Shown: piece after piece, positions 10,061-19,207 of the stretch
Layout: each line of letters opens with the position of its first letter
Numbering within the stretch: position 1 is the stretch's first letter
Source of the DNA: Candidatus Latescibacterota bacterium
GTDB taxonomy: Bacteria; Latescibacterota; UBA2968; UBA8231
Reading direction: 5' to 3'
Length of the DNA: 64,000 nt
NCBI GenBank assembly: GCA_965197905.1
Contig: CBDAOB010000002.1
Coordinates: 160,001 to 224,000 of the forward strand
Program-made: the position numbers and the translations under genes
The notes under the pieces: generated by a model
Database searches by the model: none
The model's input: the letters and a program-made list of their open reading frames with translations, nothing else
What the model was told of the DNA's origin: nothing

Positions 10061-11017
10061 ATGTCGAGATTGCGTGTAGCCGAAGTTGGCACCGGCCCCA
10101 AAGGCCACCAGCACCTCAGTATCTTGAACGGTTTCGAGGAGGTGGAACTGGTTGCGGTTTGCGATCCGTCAGCGGAGGCGCGGGATGCGGTGGGTGAGGA
10201 GTTCAAGATATCAAAACGTTACGCCAACCTGGAGGAGCTGCTCGACAGCGAACAGCTGGACGCCGTCTTTGCGGCGACCCCGCCCCAACTCAATGCCCCG
10301 GTTGCCCAGACGTGCGTGGAACGCGGTCTCCACACCTTCCTGGAGAAACCGCCCGGGTTGAACGGCACCGAAACCATCGCTTTGCGGGATGCGGTGAACA
10401 GGGCCGGGGTAAAAGCGATGGTGGGCCTCAATCGCCGTTTCCATCCCATGATCATCAAAGCCAAGGAAATGGTCGAGGAACGGGGACCGATCGTGCAGCT
10501 GGTGGGTGAGTTCCACAAGAGCATGACGATGCTGGCCAACTCACGGCACTCCTCCAAGCCGGAGGTCATGGACAATTGGCTGGTCACCAACGATATCCAC
10601 GCGGTAGACATCGTGCGTCACCTCGCCGGAGCCGACGTAGCCGAGGTCCACAGCTTCGCCCGGCGCGCCTTTTCCGAATACCGCGACCTCCACGCCGCCC
10701 TCGTCATTTTCGAGAACGACTGCGTTGCAAACTACGCTTTCAATTACACCACCGGCTACCGGCTGGAGCGCTACGAGATTCATGGCCGCGATATCTCGGT
10801 TTTTCTCGAAGGCGTGGATAAGGGGACTATATACCGTGACGGCAAGATCAGCGAAATGCCATCTACGGATACCAGCGGCACTGAAGAGGAGCTGCGTTAC
10901 TTCGTCGACTGTGTGGTCGAGGATCGTCCGGTGGAGCCGCCGGCAGCCAATCTGGACGAAGCAGTCAAGAGTGTTGAACTGGTCGACGCGATTCGGGCAG
11001 GTTTCAGGGAAACTTGA
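10061..11017 (+). CDS. Gfo/Idh/MocA family oxidoreductase
   Basis: Rossmann N-terminus, FLEKPPG, GLNRRF; close paralog of 30632..31588. Confidence 0.9.
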   Translation: MSRLRVAEVGTGPKGHQHLSILNGFEEVELVAVCDPSAEARDAVGEEFKISKRYANLEELLDSEQLDAVFAATPPQLNAPVAQTCVERGLHTFLEKPPGLNGTETIALRDAVNRAGVKAMVGLNRRFHPMIIKAKEMVEERGPIVQLVGEFHKSMTMLANSRHSSKPEVMDNWLVTNDIHAVDIVRHLAGADVAEVHSFARRAFSEYRDLHAALVIFENDCVANYAFNYTTGYRLERYEIHGRDISVFLEGVDKGTIYRDGKISEMPSTDTSGTEEELRYFVDCVVEDRPVEPPAANLDEAVKSVELVDAIRAGFRET

Positions 11018-11054
11018 TCGACTGCCACCAACGAACTCCGGGGTATCGGCTTCC

Positions 11055-14003
11055 CTAAATTGGCTGACCGAACTCGGCGAATCCGACCAGACCTCTCACA
11101 AAGAATGACCAGCTATGGAAGTTGCGGTTTGAGCGAAACTCTTCGTCGAACCTTCTTTTGTCCTTTGCCAAACCGACGATTGTTACCATCTCGTATCCGA
11201 AGTAGCTGGTCCGATTGGTGAGCGTAGAAAAAGCGGTCCAGCGTTTGGAGCTCTCGCTTCCCGTGTTGTCCGCTACCCGGTACGGCAACGGCCCAAGCCC
11301 CTGAAGCCCGAGCCGCAGGTTTGTTCGCGGCAACAACTGGAATCGAAGACGCAGTATTGGAATCGATCTCTTCTCATGCTGGACCGCGCGGCCACGATCA
11401 TGATCGAATTGAAGGAACAGCATCTGTTTGTGTTGTGCGGTCAACTCCATCCGCGACGACCAGCTCCACGATTTGCCAACACGGCTTACCCAGGTCAACA
11501 GATCGAGGCGCCGCCGCCGTTGAAACAGTCCGGGGCGAAGCTCGCCTCCTTGCTGCCAGTTTATGCGTAACCGCAGCTTTTGCACCACACTCAATCGGTG
11601 GCGCTCGAAGCTTCCTTCCAGATATCCTTCGTTGACGAAGCTGTCTCTATACGCCAGCAAATCAGGCACGGCTACGCTCGAGAAGATCGGAGGACGGGCA
11701 TTCAACAGGAACTCGGCAGTGTTCGAACTGCTCAACCCCCCCTGTGTGAAAACATTGTCCCGATTTGGGTTCTCGACCGCAATCATGTAGGCATCGGCAA
11801 TATCGTCCAAGATCCGGCGGAAGTGGTTCTCGAAAAAGAGGTGTCGGAAACCCGTCGAGCTTCGTTTCTGGTAGGTCAGGATAAGGTAGGTTGAGCGATT
11901 CCGGCCAGCACCGGCAATCTGCGTAACGCCATGTCGGCCCACTGCAAGCGACCAGTTGGAACTGAAATCCAGTTGACCGAAGATGTGGTACCCCCGTTGA
12001 TCGGCGTCATACGGATAATCCACGTCGCCGTCATCTTCCCGCTGATCAGGCTCGTCGTTGTTATTCCGATCGAGACCGTAGGTATAGCGGTTGGGCTCCA
12101 CGTCGTACATGAGAAACGGCTCGTCATAGTCAGCCACTGAATTGAGATTACGGTTGGTATCAGGAATTCCGTCCCCATCCTCGTCCTGCCCGAGGAAAAC
12201 TCCGTCGATGTCGAAGCTGCGTTCGTCTGGTTCCAAGCCGACGATGTTGCCAATGCGACGATCTGGGTAACGGTCGCCGTCATCGTTGTCCTGCACCAGA
12301 TCCCAGTACACTGTGTTGTTGATCATGCCAGATAAATTCGTGTAGTCCAGATCGGAGTTGTTGTCCAGGTAGGTGCGCAGGCTGGTGGTGAATTCCGGGT
12401 TGATGGAGAAAAGCTCGGTCCCGACGCGACCCTGATCGAACCACCGTGTTGCGTTCAGGTAATAAGCCGATCCATGATCCGAGAAGCGCGCGCCCGATCC
12501 GAAATCGGCTTCACCTCCGGCGCGTGCAGGATAGCGGGCAAAGAGGGAGGAGCGGGCGTACTCTCCCCTTACCTGTACGCCCGCCAGGGCAACGTCGACG
12601 TCGGTACTGTAGGTAAACAAACCTGTACCCTCACCAACCCTGAAACGGACACGTCGCAGGTTCGAGTGATCGCGCATGTTCCCCTTGGCCCGCAGCACGT
12701 TGCGATAGAAGGTGGTCTTATATCGCGTATGGTAGCTACGTCCACGGGGATTGGCTTCGTCTAGCTGCGCCACGTCGACGCGGAAATCGCCTCCCATGAT
12801 TGCATCCACCTCCACCGATTCGACTGGATCCTCCTCCGACAGATCGAAGAGAAAAACCAGCTGCTGGTCGCCGTCCGCGTGCAGCACTTCTGTGCCGGAG
12901 CGAAGCTCGAATCCTGCAACCAACGTCTCCAGATTGGCGTCCCCGCTCACATCTACGCCCGCCTCGTGGTCCAATCGATACAAGTAGTCGGCATAAAGCG
13001 GGATCTCGTCTCGACCTTAATAGTACAATCTATGCCCGATGAATTGGGTGTAATCTAGAGCCTGAAAGCGCCCGGTTGCCGTTGAAAACCGCCCGACTTG
13101 CGGCGCGATACCGCCGTTGTGGGCCAACACCCGGGGTTCCAGATCCGGTCGCGAGGCGCCATTGACAATCAGCGTCAAATTCTGGACCACCGCGCCTCCC
13201 TTGCCGTCTTCGGGCGAATCGTCGGCGACGCGAACCACGATCCAATCAATGAGCGGCTGATCTGGTCGCAGCACCCCGTTCATGCTGTTGCCACCTCGGA
13301 CGCTGTTGTATATGTGGATGTTGGACCAGTTTAGTCCCAATTTTCCGATTCCGAGCTCAGTTTGCGCCCGTGCTCCCAGGAGCAATGTCGAGTCGTGGGC
13401 TATATGCGTCTCCCCAAGGGCAAAGATTGCGCGCGGCAGGTAGGCATGTGGTCGCTCGATTCGCGAAGCCAGACCGGTCAATTGAAGGCGTGGCATAGAA
13501 ACGTCCAAGCGAAAGCCGCTCAAGTCAGTCATCGACAAGGTCAGTGGCGAAAGTCGGGCGTTGAGGCCGTCGGCTACGACCAGGCTATATCCCCAATCTC
13601 CGTAGCCGTCGCGTCCGACCACCGTTGCTTTGTACACCTTATTCCATACGAGAAGGAAGATTCCGCTGTTTGGCTTGAAGATTGAACTACCATATTCCTG
13701 CCCCGGAAGCCGCGCCTCCTTCCAGAAATAGAGATCGTATCCATTGATCAGTCGATTGCCCAGAGGGCCGTAGAAGACCCTTGGCGAATCGATGTACGGA
13801 GCTGAATGGTTCGGGTAATTGTGAAAGGGATCGAAGGCCAAATTTCGATAACTTGGCCGCTCCCAGCGAAGAAAAGCACGGGTTGATTCGACCTCGGCCA
13901 AATCCGGCGTCTTGGCGATCGAAGAACCCTCGAAGGTTTGCAAGAGCGCCAGGATGCTCAAAAAGCTGACCCGTAACGTCAGCCGCCGATCAGATCGCTT
14001 CAT
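11055..14003 (-). pseudogene. Large secreted/outer-membrane protein (~980 codons) with Asp-rich Ca-binding-like repeats, interrupted by one in-frame TAA
   Basis: ORFs 13017..14066 and 11055..12983 are in the same frame: ...RLYY*GRDEIPLYADYLYRLDHE...; signal-like N-terminus from ATG 14003; DNDDGDRYPD, DEDGDGIPD, DRNNNDEPD motifs. Confidence 0.75.
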
Positions 14004-14137
14004 CACTACTCGAATCTCCTGGTCCTTCGCGGACAAGTCGAAGCGTGCTTCATGCGGGATCGGCACGCTGCTCTCTTAACGGACGACCTCTGCAAGATTT
14101 CCATACACGGTACGGAATCGCATCTCGGACGCCAACC

Positions 14138-14160
14138 CGATTCCGAGGCCCTCGGAATCG
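14138..14160. repeat. Perfect inverted repeat (11-bp arms) in divergent intergenic region
   Basis: CGATTCCGAGG-C-CCTCGGAATCG. Confidence 0.6.
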
Positions 14161-14247
14161 CTACGCGGAAATGTTGCTGGATGTACGTGCGAATCCTGTT
14201 AGATTCTACCTGTTGCCAGTAAGCACCATTGTCCGGATGACGAAGCT

Positions 14248-14330
14248 ATGACAGTCGATCTGATTAACCCCAAGACGCATCGGCAGCTCTTTGTCGATGT
14301 CATGCGCGCCTTTACTCCTTCTGGATAGGA
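14248..14330 (+). pseudogene. Collapsed relic of a 7520..9016-type beta-propeller gene
   Basis: MTVDLINPKTHRQLFVD joined out of frame to HARLYSFW; compare MDLQLIEPHKHRQLFVD...TRLYSFW. Confidence 0.75.
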
Positions 14331-14338
14331 TCCGGCAT

Positions 14339-15154
14339 ATGCCACACCGTCTCGACGCTGGTCAGATTCAAACCTACAGCGACCAAGGGTTCCTCCTGAT
14401 CGACGAACCGCTCTACTCGGCCGCGAAGTTCGCCGCGTTCAAGGAGCGCTTCGAGTGGCATCTTAAGTTGTGGGAGAGCCTCCAGGGTCACCCCGTAGAA
14501 GGAATCGACCGCGCCAACTTCGTCGACCCGAGTTTGAACGAGTGGTTTCTCGCCGACGAAGTGCTCGACCTGGTGGAACCACTCATCGGACCCGACATCG
14601 CTCTCTTTGCCACTTCGTGCCTGAACAAGCTCGCTCCGGCCGGCAAACGGGTGCCGTGGCACGAAGATGGATCGTATTGGAAACCGATGGCGGAAAATCG
14701 AATCGAGGTGGTCACCGTCTGGTTGGCCATCGATCCTTCGACTCCGGCCAACGGCTGCATGAGAGTGGTGCCCGGCTCCCACCGCGAGCGCGGTCGGGAG
14801 CACGAGCAAGTCAAGGATCTCGGCCACACCCTTCTCAAGAAGACGGTCCGGGAGGACCTGTTCGACGAATCTATCGCCGTGGACTGTATACTGGAACCAA
14901 ACCACTGCAGCCTGCACGACGCCTATTTGATCCACGGCTCCAACGCCACCGACGGCAAGATGCGCCGCTGCGGTTATCAGATGCGATACATGCCGACCAC
15001 CGTGAAGTCGACCCGTTTCAGCGGCCAGCAGGTCTATCTCGCCAGGGGCAAAGACCATGCCGGCAACGAATACCTCGACCGTGACAAAGTGAACAATCTG
15101 TGGCTGGAGGAACGACCGGAACTTCAGCAGCTCGTAGAAGCCTGCGCCGCGTGA
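14339..15154 (+). CDS. PhyH family dioxygenase
   Basis: PWHED, VWLAID, GCMRVVPGSH, HGSNAT. Confidence 0.9.
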   Translation: MPHRLDAGQIQTYSDQGFLLIDEPLYSAAKFAAFKERFEWHLKLWESLQGHPVEGIDRANFVDPSLNEWFLADEVLDLVEPLIGPDIALFATSCLNKLAPAGKRVPWHEDGSYWKPMAENRIEVVTVWLAIDPSTPANGCMRVVPGSHRERGREHEQVKDLGHTLLKKTVREDLFDESIAVDCILEPNHCSLHDAYLIHGSNATDGKMRRCGYQMRYMPTTVKSTRFSGQQVYLARGKDHAGNEYLDRDKVNNLWLEERPELQQLVEACAA

Positions 15155-15284
15155 GGGATCGTTGATCGAGGGGCACGAGAAGGCGGGATCTACGATCTTG
15201 ACGGCAAAGGCGTGGAAAGTGTTGAGACGGCGACAGACCATCGCCGTTGACCACAATGACATCGCGTTGCATTCGCGTTGTTGC

Positions 15285-15464
15285 GGCGTCGGAGCGTGGT
15301 GGCGCAAAACGACGTGTGCCTCCTCGGGCAACTGCTCCCATACCTCCCGCGGAATATCCACGTTCCAAAACGACGTAGCCGTCGGTGCGCAGCGTTTCCA
15401 GGGCCCTCGCCAGCTGCTCCTCGCTCAGCTTGCCCTCAATGTGCTCCCGCGTTGAGAGTTCCAT
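15285..15464 (-). pseudogene. Collapsed relic of a PhyH-family gene
   Basis: MELSTREHIEGKLSEEQLARALETLRTDGYVVLE (PhyH-type N-terminus) fused out of frame to VDIPREVWEQLPEEAHVVLRH (resembles PhyH C-terminus, cf. IAAEVYEKLPQKVQPLYRH at the end of 24034..24828). Confidence 0.6.
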
Positions 15465-15501
15465 ACGGCCTGTCGCTTCTTTTCCAGCTGAATCACCCCG
15501 A

Positions 15502-17001
15502 TCAAACGGCTGTCGAAAATATCTTGGCTCGAGCCATGTGAATCCTGAGCGCCACACGCCGCCCCTTTAGGGCTGATAGATCACTCTTCCTCTTCCAAGT
15601 CACGACGCGAGAAAGCTCGTCCCCACTCAGCACATCCGCCTCCTCCAGCCCGAACCCGTCGAACGCTTTCACCGGTGCCGCCGGAGAGGAGGGGGACTCC
15701 ACCAGCTCGACCTTCACCCAACCGCCCTCCTTTCGCGTCTTGTAATTCAGTCGGAGCTGCTCGCCCTGGCATTCGCGTTCCACCACGGTCACCCGGCCCT
15801 CCACCGGCGCCTCAAGTGCCACCAGCCGATCCGGCTTCCACTGCGCCCAACGCCACTCCACTCCTCTTTCGTCTCTAGAACGGTTGCCCCCGTCGTGCAG
15901 ATCGTAGATACCCATCATCAACAAACCCCATGTCTCCTCATCAAGAGGAACTAGACTGGAATTGGGGAACACCATCCCGTACTCCTCGTGCCCGACATCA
16001 CGGGTGACGATGGGCCGGCGCTCGGGCCGGCTCCAAAGAATACCATCCCGGCTACTGGCGAACTGGATGTCCGTGGTGCCCGTCCAGCGGTGGAAGAAGG
16101 CGGGAAACATCAGGTGGCGACCGTTTCCCGGACAACGACAGTATCCCGAGCTGTAGACGTCGTCCCCTTGCGAATCCTGAGGGTCCATCCCGAACACGAC
16201 CCGGGCCGGCTCCCAGTCGCGAAATTCTTTGCCTTCGGTCCGCCATACGCAACGGCGCCGATCAAGGCTACCCCGCAGGTACGCGACGTACTTACCCTCG
16301 TCGGCATCGTAGGTCGCGATATTCAGGCTGTCCAGTCCCCTGCGCCCCACATTCAGCAGCGGCTCTTCCAGAAAACGCCACCGGAGCCCGTCCGCCGAAA
16401 CCGCTCCCAGAACCAGACCATGAAAGTAGAGCTCCTCTGCCATCCGGTCCCGCGAGTATCCTGCCGCCTCCATCTCATCGCGCAGCTCCCACTTCCTCTC
16501 GCGCGTCATGTCGGGTACGGCAACGCCCTTGTGGAAGAAGAGCCCTTTGCGTCCCAAAGCCTTGTAGCGCTCATTCGACGGCGCCGATGGATCAAGAAAC
16601 ACCGACTGCAGGTGGAAGTCCTCCACATCGAAAAGCAGATTGTTCGCAGTGTGGCCGCGGTACTCCTGCAGCCTCAGCTCGGGACGCTCCCAGTTGAATC
16701 CGTCCGTGCTCTCGGCGTAGGCGACGAAGCTTCTATCGCCCTCATCACTGCCGCAGCAATGATACCATAATCGCAACATCCCATTCTCGCTCAGCACGCA
16801 ACGCGGACCCAGATCCCCCTGCTCCCAGGGATGCTCGGGTCGAATGCAGATCTCCGACTTGTTGGCTTCCTGTACGGAAAGAGACACACCCATGGGCATG
16901 TCCTGGACCCAGATTTCGTTATCGTCGGTAATCTTCGTCTGACCGGGCCAGACGCCGTACCAGTCGAGAAAGGGTTGAGGAATGAGGGGTGCTTGGCTCA
17001 T
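15502..17001 (-). CDS. Uncharacterised Asp-box beta-propeller family protein (paralog)
   Basis: STDGFNWERP, DPSAPSNERYKA, SADGLRW, SRDGILWSRPERR, AKIFS. Confidence 0.75.
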   Translation of the reverse strand: MSQAPLIPQPFLDWYGVWPGQTKITDDNEIWVQDMPMGVSLSVQEANKSEICIRPEHPWEQGDLGPRCVLSENGMLRLWYHCCGSDEGDRSFVAYAESTDGFNWERPELRLQEYRGHTANNLLFDVEDFHLQSVFLDPSAPSNERYKALGRKGLFFHKGVAVPDMTRERKWELRDEMEAAGYSRDRMAEELYFHGLVLGAVSADGLRWRFLEEPLLNVGRRGLDSLNIATYDADEGKYVAYLRGSLDRRRCVWRTEGKEFRDWEPARVVFGMDPQDSQGDDVYSSGYCRCPGNGRHLMFPAFFHRWTGTTDIQFASSRDGILWSRPERRPIVTRDVGHEEYGMVFPNSSLVPLDEETWGLLMMGIYDLHDGGNRSRDERGVEWRWAQWKPDRLVALEAPVEGRVTVVERECQGEQLRLNYKTRKEGGWVKVELVESPSSPAAPVKAFDGFGLEEADVLSGDELSRVVTWKRKSDLSALKGRRVALRIHMARAKIFSTAV

Positions 17002-17057
17002 TTGGGTCCTCCTAATCCGCAATGTCCCGCCTCAGGTAGCCATCTTCGTGCGCCTTG

Positions 17058-17085
17058 CTTGACCCGACGATAGTCAAGGTGGTTT
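17058..17085 (+). promoter_or_regulatory. Recurrent upstream motif, copy 3 (partial match)
   Basis: CTTGACCCGAC-GATA-GTCAA-GGT-GGTTT; also a CTTGAC-N9-GTCAAG inverted pair between divergent genes. Confidence 0.4.
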
Positions 17086-17239
17086 ATTTCGCCTAAACCT
17101 GAGCTATGTATGCACGGCTGTGTTGCACGCGGTTTCAAACTGCCGGCGCGGCCGAGAGGAGCAACAATACGGCGCAGGGCGAGTTGCTGCAGGGAATTGC
17201 TTGCCGCGTGGCTGTGTCGATGCCCGCGCTGAACTGACC

Positions 17240-19087
17240 ATGTGTGGAATTGCCGGATTTACAGGGGCGCCCGATCGCCAGCTATTGCACGAGATGGCGG
17301 ACCGCATTCGCCACCGCGGTCCGGATAGCGATGGATTTTTCTCCACGGATGAGATCCACCTCGGCATGCGCCGCCTGGCTATTATTGATGTGGCAGGGGG
17401 CAAGCAGCCTATTTTTAACGAAACCGGTGACGTAGTCGTCGTCTTCAACGGGGAAATATACAATTACCGCGAATTGCCCACTTCCCTGATCGAAAAAGGT
17501 CATCGCTTTGCCACTCAGACAGATACGGAGATCCTCGTTCACCTCTATGAAGAATACGGCATCGATTTTGTCGAGCGCCTCAACGGCATGTTTGCTTTTG
17601 CCCTATGGGACGCAGGCCGTAAGCGGCTCTATCTTGCCCGCGATCCGCTTGGCATCAAACCTCTCTACTATACGCAATTGCGGGACCGCCTGGCTTTTTC
17701 TTCCGAACTCAAATCGCTACTGATCCTGCCCGGTCTGTCGCGAGAGATTTCCCCTCAGGCTCTGGAAACATACCTGAGCTATGGTTCGATTGCTGCGCCT
17801 CACAGCATTTTTCGAGCGGTGAACAAACTACCGCCAGGTCACTGGCTGCTGGCGGAGCAAAACAGCGTGCGCCTGCAGTGCTACTGGAGCCTGCCACCGC
17901 CGGATGAATCCATGCAACTTTCCCACCACTACGGCGAGGTGGAGGAGTTGCTTGGTCAGGCCGTCAAAAGCCAGCTGATCAGCGACGTGCCGCTAGGGGT
18001 ATTCCTCTCGGGCGGGCTGGATTCGAGCGCTGTGGTGGCGTTTGCCAGCAGGCATAGCTCCACACCGCTAAAAACCTTCTCGATAGGTTACGCATCGCCC
18101 GACGAGGATTACAATGAGACGGCCAAGGCGCGGCAAATTGCCGAGCATTTCGGCTGTGACCACCGGGAATTCATTCTATCTCCCAACATAGGAGAGCTCC
18201 TTGCGCCGCTGGTGCGCTGTTTCGACGAGCCCTTCGCAGACTCGTCTGCGGTGCCAACATATTTGATTTCGCGCGAGACGCGGCAGCACGTCACTGTGGC
18301 GCTGACCGGGGTAGGAGGTGATGAACTCTTTGGGGGCTATCCGCGCTACATGGGCCTCCTGCTCGCCCAACGCTTGAGCCGCATGCCGATGGCGGTGAGG
18401 CGTTTTGCGGGAAGCATAGTGAGTCATTGGCCCGACAGAGGAGGAAGTGTCAACTGGCCCGGGCGCATCAAGCGGTTTTTGGGAAATGTAGAGCGGCCTC
18501 TTGCCGAACAGTATAGTCGCTGGCTGGCTTTTTTGTCTCCCGAGCTGGTCGAAGATTTACTACAAGCTGGTAAGGTTGAGGATTCAGAGCCTGATCGGCG
18601 CATCGCTCCGCTTTCAGCAGTGCCGTCGCTGCTGGCCCAAAACGACATGCTTACCTACCTGCCATCAGATTTGCTCTGCCACACGGATCGCGTCAGCATG
18701 GCGCATTCTCTGGAGGCTCGCGTGCCATTTTTGGATAAGCCGCTTGTGGAATTCATGGCTCGCGTTCCGCTGGCAGACAAGCTGGCGGGATTTCGGCTCA
18801 AGAGTCCTTTAAAAAAGATTCTCCAGCCTCTCTTGCCCAAGGAGATTTTATCTCAAAAAAAGATGGGTTTTTCCATACCTCTCGCTCGCTGGCTGCGTGA
18901 GGAATTGGTCGATGTGCTGGATGATTGCCTGAACCCCAGCCAGTTGAAGAATCGTGGTCTCTTACAACCCGAGGCCGTTCAACACCTGCGCATGCAACAT
19001 TCCACCGGCAAGGCGAATCACGCCGACGCTTTGTGGAGTCTGCTGATGCTGGAAATTTGGTTCCGAGAGTATATGGATGGACCATAG
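17240..19087 (+). CDS. asnB: Asparagine synthase (glutamine-hydrolysing)-type amidotransferase
   Basis: MCGIAG, HRGPD, RLAIID, FNGEIYN, SGGLDSS, GGDELFGGY, SLEARVPFLD. Confidence 0.93.
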   Translation: MCGIAGFTGAPDRQLLHEMADRIRHRGPDSDGFFSTDEIHLGMRRLAIIDVAGGKQPIFNETGDVVVVFNGEIYNYRELPTSLIEKGHRFATQTDTEILVHLYEEYGIDFVERLNGMFAFALWDAGRKRLYLARDPLGIKPLYYTQLRDRLAFSSELKSLLILPGLSREISPQALETYLSYGSIAAPHSIFRAVNKLPPGHWLLAEQNSVRLQCYWSLPPPDESMQLSHHYGEVEELLGQAVKSQLISDVPLGVFLSGGLDSSAVVAFASRHSSTPLKTFSIGYASPDEDYNETAKARQIAEHFGCDHREFILSPNIGELLAPLVRCFDEPFADSSAVPTYLISRETRQHVTVALTGVGGDELFGGYPRYMGLLLAQRLSRMPMAVRRFAGSIVSHWPDRGGSVNWPGRIKRFLGNVERPLAEQYSRWLAFLSPELVEDLLQAGKVEDSEPDRRIAPLSAVPSLLAQNDMLTYLPSDLLCHTDRVSMAHSLEARVPFLDKPLVEFMARVPLADKLAGFRLKSPLKKILQPLLPKEILSQKKMGFSIPLARWLREELVDVLDDCLNPSQLKNRGLLQPEAVQHLRMQHSTGKANHADALWSLLMLEIWFREYMDGP

Positions 19088-19207
19088 AGTAAATCCGGCT
19101 TTCGAGCGCGCGAAGGGTCGAGATTATGCAACCGCCACGCACGCGAGGTGGGCGACGTAGGACAGTTTGTGCGGTTCGACGGGGCAGCTGCGGCTTTGCT
19201 GCGAAGC

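Noticed and set aside
13017..13019. Selenocysteine/pyrrolysine recoding or alternative genetic code
   Set aside because: The stop is TAA, and other genes in the window end normally at TAA, TAG and TGA.
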